A program made the translations under genes and the position numbers. From Geosiphon pyriformis uo1 (Eukaryota > Fungi > Glomeromycota), in NCBI GenBank assembly GCA_016748015.1, contig JAAOMT010000303.1, forward strand, positions 434,001 to 498,000: 64,000 bases of DNA, given 5' to 3'. This document shows, piece after piece, positions 53,252-64,000 of the stretch. Every line of letters starts with the position of its first letter. Position 1 is the first letter of the stretch. The notes below the pieces were generated by a model, which saw only the letters and a program-made list of their open reading frames with translations, made no database searches and was not told where the DNA came from.

Positions 53252-56200
53252 AACCAAAAAAAAACCACTTTTTCATTTTTAATTTAACTAATAATGACCA
53301 TAACATGGATGAACTGGCAATCAACACTTCTGACCTGACAAGAAAGAAGAAGAAAGCCAAGGTTGATTTCATTCTAGATCCAAAGAAAGCATTCACATCA
53401 ACTGCTAATAACAATGAGCCACCAAAGGCTAAAGTTTTTAAGAATTCTTCAAAGTTGGAACCCCCAGAAATTGTACTAAAATCTGGCCTCTATTCTGTTG
53501 TTAAAGATCTCATGGAAACCCCAGCACACATTACATTTGGCCAACTAATGATTCATCCACAGTTTAAAATTTTTTTTTGCAAATTATTGATACCAAAGAA
53601 GAAAACACCAAAAACCAACAAATGCTCTTGTCAAGCTGGACTTGCTGACAACAGCAATGTTATTTCTTTAATTTGCAAAGCCCAAGTGGCTGGTTACTTT
53701 ATTGATTTGATCCTGGACAATAGATTATCTGTTAGTGTAATTGCCAAACACTTTTTGGAAGCCATTGGAAGAAAGATTAATAAACCTTTTACCCAGCTTA
53801 TGACCAATGTACATGATGACAAAAAAAAAATCTGAGTATAGCCAAAGCTGTTTCTGTTCACATTAATTGTATTAGCATTAAAACAAATATGGAAGTATCT
53901 AAAGCAAAAAAGTATACTATCATTGTAGGTAATAAGTGGTTTAAGAAAACCAAAGCACTACTTGACTATAAACTTTGTAAACTAATCATCAGATGTGGTA
54001 AAAAACCCATTGTGGTTAAATGTTGCCATTAGACAACTCCTCCAGTATCCAAGCAAAACCAAGAAGAAAAACAATCAAATAAATCAGATGATGATAAAAG
54101 TGATAAAGAAGAAGATCAAGAAGAACAAGAAGAAACTGCTGAACTTGCCTATACTATCTTCACCAGCAATGGCAAGCCATTAGACAAGGTTAAAGCTAAC
54201 AAAAAAGGAATTATGGTAAATGACAAGCTGATCTGCTGGCCTTATTATGATATCCTCAAAAGAACTTTTGACAAAAAACCTGACAAGAAAGCTAAATACA
54301 GTTATTGGTGGCATGGCTCTTGTGCACAGTGCTGGTGTAATAAATCTTTGTATTTACCAAGTAATGAATGCAAATCCTGTTTGATCTATTACAAAGATTG
54401 AAAACCAATTAGCTTGATACCTCAAAAAGAACTAAAAGAAGTACAAAAGTTCTTTGAGAGTGAACCACTTGAAATCCAATTACTAATTGTAGAACAGAGA
54501 GAACCTTCTTCTGAAAAAAGAAAAGTGGACATTAAAAATCTGTTGGCTAGAAATAGCCTAGTTATCTCAAAAGAAAGTGATACCTTTGGACGAACTCATG
54601 TAATACAACACACCATTATCACAAAAGAAATTCGTTCTATCTATTTGAAGTCTTATTAATTCAATTAACACAATAATGAATTTATCAAGAAAGAAATAAA
54701 CTGGATAAAAGATCTTAGATTCATACAAGAAACCAAGAGTGAATGGACATTTTCAGTTGTGATGGTATCCAAGAAAAGTGGAACTCTATGCTTCTGTGTC
54801 AATTACTGTAAATTAAATGCTATCATTATAAGAGACATGTACCCACTTCCCAAAATTGATGCAATGCTAGATAAATTCAATGGTGCTGTTTTCTTCTCAA
54901 TCATTAACTTAACTGCTGGATTCTGGCAAGTAGAGATGCATCCAAAAAACAGAAAAAAAACTGTTTTCATCACCAAATATGGCACTTATAAATTCCCAGT
55001 CATGCTTTTTGGTTTTACCAATGTCCTTTCTACCTTTTAATACTTAATGAACAAAGTATTTGAATCAGTAAAAGAAAACTTTGTTCTGGTCTACCTAAAT
55101 AATATAATGGTCTACTCAAAAATTTGAGATGAACACCTTGAACATTTGCAGAAGGTTTTTGACTTGCTTAGCAATGCTGGCTTTAAGATCAACTCAATTA
55201 AATCTTTTTTTGGATGCCAATTCACCTAGTTCTTTGGTCATCTTATTACAAAAGATGGAATCTTCTCTGACTTAGCTAAAGTTGAAAAAATTCAGAACAT
55301 CAGACAACCAATAAATGTTCTTGAATTATGCTCTTTTCTTGGTTTGGCTTCTTATTATCACAAATTTATCAAGAATTTCTCTAAAATTGCTTTTTCTCTC
55401 AATTAGCTACTCAGGAAAAATGTCAATTATTACTAGGGCACTTATCAACAAAAAGCTTTTAAAATTCTGAAGGAAAAACTTGTTACTGAACCAATTCTCA
55501 AGCAACCTAATCTGGACCAACCTTTCATCCTCCACACTGATACATCTGACTATGAACTTTGTGCTGTCTTTTCACAAAAAGATGAAAATGGCAGAAAACA
55601 TGCCATAGCATATGCCATTAAATCTCTCACACCAGCAAAAAAGAACTACTCAGTAACTGAACAAGAATGTTTAGCAGTAGTTTGGACTTCTAGTTACTGG
55701 AATCAATATCTTCTTGGTGCAAAATTCTTAGTAGTAACAGATTATCAAGCCTTGGTTTGGCTGTACTATAAAAAGAAGCTGGAACACAAACAAATAACTT
55801 GCTGGATATTCCACTTGGATGAATTTAACTATGATATTCAATACCACAAAGAAGCAAATCATCAAAACACTAATGTTTTCTTTAGACTTACCATTTAGTG
55901 ATAGTACAACCTCTCAAACCAAACCAACTTAATTATTAGTAACTCCTTTACAAACAAAAACAATAATGGACTTGAACAACTACTCTGCCTTAATGAAATT
56001 TTTGGGTAAAGGACAATACCCACCAGAATACACTTAACAGCAAAGAGAATATTTGTGCAAACAATCAAATTTTTATTTGATCTGCCAGAACCAATTATAT
56101 AAAAGAAACAGAAAAGATCCTGACTGTCTTCAAAGAGTCATCAGATTTGAAAAAAAAGAAATTGTAATATACAATATGCACACTGACCCATTAGCTGAAC

Positions 56201-57186
56201 ACTTTGGAAAAGCAAAAACAATTCAGAAAACCTTAGCTTGCTATTATTGGCCTATCTTGGAAAAAGACATTGCTGAATACATTAAAACCTGTAACATCTG
56301 CTAAAGAAGAGACAAACCCAATTGCAAAGAAGATATCCATTCAATCTTTGTTGGTCAACCATTTGACAGAATTGGTATAGATGTTGTTAAACTTTTAACA
56401 ATAACTTCTGATAACAACAGATACATTATTATAGCTACTGACTATCTTACAAAGTGAGTAGAAACAAGAGCCATCTTAGATTAAATAGCAGTCTCAATGG
56501 CCAATTTCATTTATGAAGATATCATTTGCTGTTATGACTGTTCCAAAGAACTTATATTTAATAGAGGAAGAGCTTTTCTCAGTACATTAGTTAAAGAACT
56601 TTGCAGAAAAATAGGAATACATTATAAACTTTCTTTTTCTTACCACCTTCAAACAAATGGCCTAATGGAATGTTTCAATAGAACACTATGTGAAACTTTA
56701 GCCAAAACCAGTGAAAAAACAAACTTATGGAACAAAGTACTGTCTTTAGCTTTGTTTGCTTATAGAACTGTGAATCATGACATAACAAGTTATAAATCTT
56801 TTTATCTGTTTTATGAATGTATGGCAATACTACCAATAGAAACTGACATTGAAACAATATCTTTTGAAAAAATCACAATAGGAAATTACAAAGACATTCT
56901 GCAAAAAAGACTTGGTATCATTCTTGACTCCTTGGTAGAAGCACGAATAATTGCTTTTGAAAGATAAAACAGTTCCAAGAAAAGCTTAAAAGAAAGAAAA
57001 CCTATAAAATACTTTCTTTAAATGTTAGTAACTTGGTACTAGAATTCCATTTTGACAAAGACAATGTTTATGATAATAAATTCTCTAGCCGATGGAAAAG
57101 ACTTTTTATAGTCAACAAAGTTTTGAACAATGGTTTTTATATTCTTCAAAATTAATTTGGAACAATCTTTAATAATTGTCCTGTTT

Positions 57187-59644
57187 TTTTTTTTTTTTTT
57201 ATTAATATATAGCCATGCTTGTTTTTTATTAGTTATGACCACAGTAATGTGGCATTTTCATAAAGCCAGCTTACTCAATAATACAATATTACAAGATGCG
57301 GCTAACCACAAGCAGAAAGCCCTAACTACATGCTAGTATTACTTTTGCTACCTAATGTATCAAACATATCTAATTCATACATCTTACCCATAATGCTAAC
57401 AAGCTTATGACTATTTTTAATCATACCACTTATCCACTTAGCAGTCTAATTAGGACTGGATTTGATTCTGGAAGGCTGATCTTCCCATAGGTGCATTATA
57501 ACATCAAAGATATTATTATAAACTGAAAAGTCTTTATCATTATTATTATCATCATTGACATTATCAACCATGTCATCAACATCTGATCCATCCTCCAAGC
57601 AAGTCTATTCACCTATTTTCTCAAAGGGTAACATTTTTTTTTATATCATAATGGCAACAGCAGCCAAGCCTTTATTTTGCTTAGCCAACCCATCCACATA
57701 TTCCTTAACTGACACATCCATAGCAGATGGAGTAGACAGCAATTTGGTAACCAATGCAATCAGAGCACTGACAGGTTCAACTAAAGATTTTATCAACACA
57801 GATAGTTTACTAAGATGAGATTTCAGAGAAGTCAACTTAGATTTAACAGCAAAATTGGGAGCAGAAAGAACAGCAGGCAACATGGATGTCACAGTTTTGG
57901 GAGGACTACCAAAATCCAAGTCCATATTAGCAGCAGCAACACCAGAAAGAACCACAATAACAGCAGTCTTAACATAAGATTTAGATTTAACAAATGAAGA
58001 TTTGAAATTTTTAGGGCCACCAAAGATGTTGAAAGAGAATTTGGATAGAAGAGGAGATAACTTTTTGCAGTCTACAGCCAAATAATTCAAGTCTTAATAT
58101 CTGTAGCAGCAGTAATATCCAAGAGTTTTCTACCAGATGCAACAATCATACAAGATACCAGTTTTTGACACGGCAATATTCAAAGATTCTAAAGAATCAA
58201 AAGTAACCACAGCAAAGTATTAATATTGATAAAATTCAGAGAAGCAAGAAATAAAACATGTACAGCCACCAACTTGGAAGACCAAATTACTTATCTCAAA
58301 AACAGTACAGCCAAATAGAAGATTGACCAACTTAGCTTTGAATGTATTTCTTGAGAAAATAATCTCCTTTTGGTTGGCAATGGGAAGAATTCTAACACTA
58401 TCTTTTCTGACCAATACAGATCAATTAGAGAGAACAGCAACAGAAAAAGAAATGTCTTTAAAATTGACCACAGCATATTGCCATAAGCCAGCAGGCTTCA
58501 ACTTAACAGAAGTGACAACACCAAAAATGTTAAGAGCAGTTTTGATGTCATCAGAAGAGGTATTCAAAGATATGTTACGCAATGCAACTGACAAGGAAAG
58601 AGAAGAAACAGAGTTCATATCAGAAGACTATGCAATTTTAAGAATGATTAATAAAACCTTATTACTAATGGCCACTTTGGTAGCACTATTTAGACTCTTC
58701 TGAAATGCAAATTCCACACAGAACAACTTAACAGTATCTTGTAAAACTGACTTAAGCCCAATACAACCAGATAGCAACTGAAACAAGGAACTAAGCAGAG
58801 CCATCTTAATCTTAAATATAGCACCAGATACTAGATTGGAGGCCATCCAACCAGAAAATCTCTGATAACCATTCACATTCTCCCAAGCACTATTATTAGC
58901 AGCACCAGAAACTGGGGGAGCGACAGTTAATTCTATTTCCATCTAATCAGTCCAATCTTTGAGATCATCTGGATTGATGAACTGTTTTGCTACTGGGATT
59001 GGTGATGATCTGCTGGAGAGTACCATATTAGGCAACACAGCCAGTGGTTAATCTTGGCCCATCTTGAGAGATGTGCCATTGCTGTTGCCATCTAAATCAG
59101 GAAGAGGGCTGGCTGCTGCTGTAAAGATCTTACCAAAGATCTCATCTGAAACCACAAAGAGATTTGGTGTAATCATAGCAGTTGTAACTGTCTGCTGCTG
59201 TTTTTTGGAATTTTTTGCTTTTATGGCCATTTGTGAAGCAGTAATAGTAGAAGTAGTAGTGAGAGTGGTAAAAGCAGGAAAAACCAACTTGTTGACTGGT
59301 CTGTTAATAAAAATTTTTGGGTTTTTAAAAACAATAGAGACAACACTGAGATTAACCTAACTGTGTCTTTTAGAAGGAACTTTAACTAAAGAAGAACTAC
59401 CAGCCAAAAATAAAAAAAAATAAACCAGAAGCTGCTAAAAGCAGCTTTTTACTATTATTTTTTAAAGAAAATGTTGCCAAAACGTTTTGTCTAGCTGCTT
59501 CAATAACAGAAAGACCCTTTTGTATTGAAATTTTATTAGTTACTATAAAAAAAGTAATATTTGCAACTTTTTTACTCTTAACTTTATTCATGGTCATGAA
59601 ATTTAGGAAAGAAAGAGTTTTTTTAAAAACAGAGTTATCTTTGC
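57187..59644 (-). mobile_element. Non-autonomous ORF1-only LINE derivative (HAL1-like) with poly(A) tail and ~11-bp TSD, inserted in A4 integrase
   Basis: Poly-T to 57200; TSD TTGTCCTGTTT (57176-86) / TCATTCTGTTT (59645-55). Single decayed ORF 59597-57326 with RRM region; no APE or RT. Confidence 0.85.
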
Positions 59645-59788
59645 TCATTCTGTTTATGGTACATGACTCAAGAAATATTATAAACAACCTGATTAGTTGC
59701 CTGTTGTGATAATACCAACTCAAATAATCAGCAAAAATCAAGTATAAATAAATGCACCATTTTTAAAACAGAGATATTTTTAATTGAT

Positions 59789-60445
59789 ATGAACAATTAT
59801 TTTTTGGATCAAAACATTTAAAATGCCTTCTATACTCTCCATAACTATTGAATCAAAAACTATCCAAATACTACTTTGATTATTGGAAAACAAACCACCA
59901 TAACAGATAACAGTAAAACACATACTGTTATTAGACCAAAGAAAACCACTATCAAAAGAGAAAAAATTGGTAGCAAAATGGATAAATATTTGTTAGAAAG
60001 TATAACAGCAGTTATATTTTTATCTTCTAATACAATTGGAAAAACAATCCAAGAAAGCTTGCTTATAGACAAAAATTTATCATATGAAAGGCAATTAGAA
60101 CTCTATGGTCATCTTGGAAAAATCATAGAGAATATAAAACTCATGAAGAAAACAACTTCAGAGATATAGGCAGAAATTTTGAACATTATATGGTTAGATG
60201 TTCTAAGAGTTTTAACTATTACTAAAAGAGCCAAAACTCTAATACAAAGATTTGGTCTCTTGAATACAAAACTCATTTTATCTTAAGTGTTATATACCCT
60301 ATCCACAAAAGACTTCAACAAACTAGTTAGCTTTGAGTTAGATAAAACTTTTCAAATAGATTACACTATGAATAGCTTGATTTTGCTGGAGCTCAATCTT
60401 TTTGGAAAGGATAATATTACAGTTGAAACTTATACTTCTTATTAA
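59789..60445 (+). pseudogene. Family A ORF3, copy A4
   Basis: ATG 59789, TAA 60443-45, 657 nt. Confidence 0.8.
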
Positions 60446-62264
60446 TTATCACATATATTAGCCACTGATGTCACATAAATTAGCCACTCTATTTTTAGAA
60501 AGTAATCATTAACCTGATTATTGACCTAGTTGTTGACTTAATCATTAACCACTTTTGATAGCTATATAAGTAATAAATCTCTTAGCTGTAGAAAAGCATG
60601 TTAGAAATCAAAAGAAATAAAAAAAACTTTATCTCATTTCTTCTCTTATTACTAAAATTCTCTTTCCCTATATTTAAGTATCTGAACATCTTAAAGATAA
60701 AAGATTACTTGTTGGCATTTACCTATCCTTTTTCTGAAACATGTAATTGTAATATTTGAAGATTATTGAATAAAACATGACTGAAAAGCACATCTGATAT
60801 CTGATATTGAATTCTAAGAATGCCAACATAAAGCATAGAATTATACCAGTATGTGATTATTTGTTGACAGTATAGACTATTAGATTCTCCAATTATTTTT
60901 TAAAAATACAGTGACTGAGATATTTTATAAGACTGATCTCACACATTGAATCCTTACTCATTCAATTCACTCTTTGAAGTTGAAATTCCTTTGATTATTT
61001 CAATCACCCTACAATCCTGTTTTCCCTTATTATCTATTAGCTTGTTACTCCAACTTATAACAATATAAAAGAAATAGAAAAGATCCTGACCACTCCCAAA
61101 GAATTATCAGATTTGAAGAAAGAGAAATTGTAATATACAACATGTACACTGATCCATTAGTTGGACACTTTGGAAAAACAAAGACAATTCAGAAAACTTT
61201 AGTTCACTATTATTGGCCTATCTTGGAAAAGAACATTGCTGAATACATCAAAACCTGTAATATTTGCCAAAGAAGAGACAAACTCAATTACAAAGAAGAT
61301 ATCTATCCAATCTCTATTGGTCAACCATTTGACAGAATTGGTATAAATATTACTAGATCTTTAACAATAACTCCTGATAACAACAGATACATTATTACAG
61401 CTACTGACTATCTTACAAAGTGGGTAGAAACAAGAGCTATTCCAGACTAAATAGCAGTCTCAATAGCCAATTTCATTTATGAAGATATTATTTGTCATTA
61501 TGGCTGTTCCAGAGAACTTTTATCTGATAGAAAAAGAGCTTTTCTCAGTATACAGATTAAAAAACTTTGTAGAAAAATAGGAATATGTCATAAACTTTTT
61601 TCCTCTTATTACTCCCAAACAAATAGCCTAATAAAACGTTTTAATAGAACACTATATGAAACCCTAGTCAAAACCAGTAAAGAAACAAACTTATGAAACA
61701 AAGTACTGTCTTTAGCTTTGTTTGCTTATAGAACTGTGAATCATGACATAACAAGTTATGAACTTTTTTATCTGTTCTATGAATACATGGCAACACTATA
61801 ATACCTTTTAAAGAGATCACAATAGCAAATTACAAAGATATTTTGCAAAAAAAACTTGGTATCATTCTTGGCTCCTTAGTAGAAGCACAAATAATTGCTT
61901 TTGAAAAGATAAAACAGTTCCAAAAAAAGCTTAAGAAAAAGAAAACCTATAAAATACTTTTTATAAGTGTTGGTAACTTGGTATTGGAATACTGTTCAGA
62001 TAGAGACAATGTCTATGATAATAAATTCTCTAGCCAATAGAAAAAACTCTTTATAGTCAACAAAGTTTTGAACAATAGTTCTTATATTCTTCAAGATTAA
62101 TCTGGAACAATCTTCAATGATTGTTTTGTTTATGGTACACAACTCAAGAAATATTATAAATAACCTAATTGGTTGCCTGTTGTGATAATACCAACTCAAA
62201 TAATCAGCAAAAATCAAGTATAAATAAATACACTATTCCCAAAACAGAGGTATCTTTAATCAAT

Positions 62265-62921
62265 ATGAACAATTATTTTTTGGATCAAAACATTTAAAAC
62301 ATCTTCTATACTTTCCATAAATATTGGATCAAAAACTATCCAAATGCTACTTTGACTATTGGAAAACAAACCATCATAACTGATAACAGTAAAACACATA
62401 CTGTTATTAGACCAAAGAAAACTACTACCAAAAGAGAAAAAATTGGTAGCAAAATAGATAAATATCTGTTGGAAAGTATAATAGCAGTTATACTCCCACC
62501 TTCCAGCATAATTGGAAAAACACTCCAAGAAATCTTATCCATAGACAAAAACCTGTCATATAAAAGGCAATTATAATTCTATAGTCGTTTTGGAGAAATC
62601 ATAGAGAATATGAAACTTATAAAAAAACCAACTTCAGAGATACAGACAGAAATTTTGGGCATTATACAGTTAAATGTTTCAAGAGTTTTAACTATTGCTA
62701 GAAAAACCAAAACTCTAATACAAAGATTTGGTCTCTTGGATACAAAACTCATTTCACTTCAAGTATTATATACTCTATCCACAAAAGACTTCAACAAACT
62801 AGTTAGTTTTGAGTTAAATAAAACTCTTCAAATAAATTACACCATAAATAGCTTGATTTCACTGGAGCTCAATCTCTTTGGAAAGGATAATATTACGGTT
62901 GAAACTTATACTTCTTATTAA
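62265..62921 (+). pseudogene. Family A ORF3, copy A3
   Basis: ATG 62265; ORFs 62352-62576 and 62610-62921 are in the same frame; 657 nt. Confidence 0.82.
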
Positions 62922-63542
62922 ATATTATATGTATTAGCTATTGATATCATTTAAATTAGCTACTCTATTTATAGAAAGTGATCATTGACCTCTTTTAATA
63001 GCTATATAAGCAATGAATCTTTTAGCTATAGAAAAGTATGTCAAAAATACAAGGCATATCAGAAATCAAGGAAGTAAAATAAAATAAAATAACAACTTTT
63101 ATCTCAATCATTCTCTTATCACTAATTTCCTTTTCCCCTATCTTCAAGTATCTGAACATCTTGGAATAAAAGATTACTTGTTGGTTATTCCTTACTCTTT
63201 TCCTGAAATATGTAATTGCAACATTTGAAGATTATTGAATAAAATGTGACTGGAAAATATATCTAATGCCTGATATTGAATTTTAAGAGTGCTAACATAA
63301 GGCATAGAATTATATCAGACATGATCATTTGTTAACAGTATGGACTATTCCTCTATCTTTAGATTCCTGGTTATCCTTTAAAAAGTATAGCGACTGAGAT
63401 ATTTTATGAGATTGATCTTGTATATTGAATTTATACTTATTTAATTCGCTTTTTGAAGTTGAAATTCCTTTGATTCTTTTTCATTATCTTACAATCTTGT
63501 TCTCCCTTGCTATCTATTAGCTTGTTACTCCAACTCATAACA

Positions 63543-64000
63543 CTATGTAAGCACAGCCCATCCTTGTATAATTTTTGCTGGTTCTTGAGATGAAACAAGA
63601 TCAGGTTTTGATCTTATTCAGAGTAGTGCTCAAATAGTAAGCAGTACAGTTCTGTAATAAACCTACTAGTTTAGCTTCCCAGGTTTTTCTCTGCTCAATA
63701 ACCTTTTGGATTCCAATTATTGGGTAAATTCTGATTGCATCTTTCTTGACCATAGTTGACCATTGGTTTACAGCTCTGGCTGCTTCTTCTTAGTTGTTAT
63801 ATTCAACTACTGCTAATTGCCATTTTCCAGCCACTTTGATTTGAACATTTTTTATCTTGCCAAATTTTTTCATGGCAGTTTCTACTTCTCTGTTTGAGAT
63901 GCCTAAGGGGATATCTCTTACCAGGACTTTTTTTTGACTAGCCATCTGGTTGGTAATGCTATCAGTAGTTATTAAAAAGAATTCAATTTCTTTACTTGCC
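63543..64000 (-). mobile_element. LINE ORF1 RRM region, probably the upstream part of the LINE2 broken at 47034
   Basis: Minus strand reads VLVRDIPLGISNREVETAMKKFGKIKNVQIKVAGKWQLAVVEY...AKLVGL...CFI...CAYI, the segment that precedes the CCHC knuckle in LINE1 ORF1. Confidence 0.75.

Larger units (their letters stand above)
50966..61062 (+). mobile_element. Ty3/Gypsy family A copy A4, full length (LTRs 50966-51636 and 60415-61062), TSD ATAT; gag 51689-53206, pol 53209-55901, integrase 55966-59747 (interrupted)
   Basis: ATAT at 50962-65 and 61063-66; removal restores CCAATTATATAAAAGAAA as at 56091-56108. PBS at 51643, PPT GGAAAGGATAA at 60404-60414. Confidence 0.95.
47234..63542 (+). mobile_element. 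Ty3/Gypsy family A copy A3, 5'-truncated in gag, interrupted in integrase by A4; 3' LTR 62891-63542
   Basis: gag CCHC 47877-, protease ILDSG, RT YLDD; integrase resumes at 61067; ORF3 62265-62921. Confidence 0.92.

Noticed and set aside
57555-59360. Captured host gene or processed pseudogene inside A4
   Set aside because: The minus-strand protein is homologous to the LINE ORF1s in this window and the tail matches LINE2. The plus-strand ORFs are antisense shadows.
62265-62921. ORF3 as a retroviral env
   Set aside because: No signal peptide, fusion peptide or transmembrane anchor, and only 218 aa.

Overview
Eukaryotic (fungal) repeat-dominated DNA. The element types and base composition suggest Glomeromycotina (Geosiphon/AMF-like); this is an inference, not a database result. 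The only intact host gene is a 5-exon cytochrome b5-acyl-CoA dehydrogenase fusion ending in a PTS1 signal (minus strand, 15209-17140), in a CpG-retaining island. Most of the rest is nested, mutated retroelements. These are: five copies of a Ty3/Gypsy family A (three full-length with matched 4-bp TSDs, nested in each other), a Gypsy family B with a solo LTR, three LTRs of a family C, and LINEs of at least two families (RRM/CCHC ORF1; APE-RT-RNase H-Zn finger ORF2). Copies differ almost only by C>T/G>A transitions. Main highlights: (1) a 2.46-kb polyadenylated, TSD-flanked, ORF1-only 'half-LINE' sharing its ~150-nt 3' tail with the autonomous LINE family 2 in this window; (2) family A has an unusual layout: gag ends in a conserved UAG one codon before an in-phase UUUAAAC + hairpin -1 frameshift cassette, integrase is a separate ORF, and a fixed-length 218-aa ORF3 runs through the PPT into the LTR, with an apparent counterpart in family B; (3) RIP-like hypermutation. 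Coordinates were read by eye and may be off by a few bases in eroded regions.
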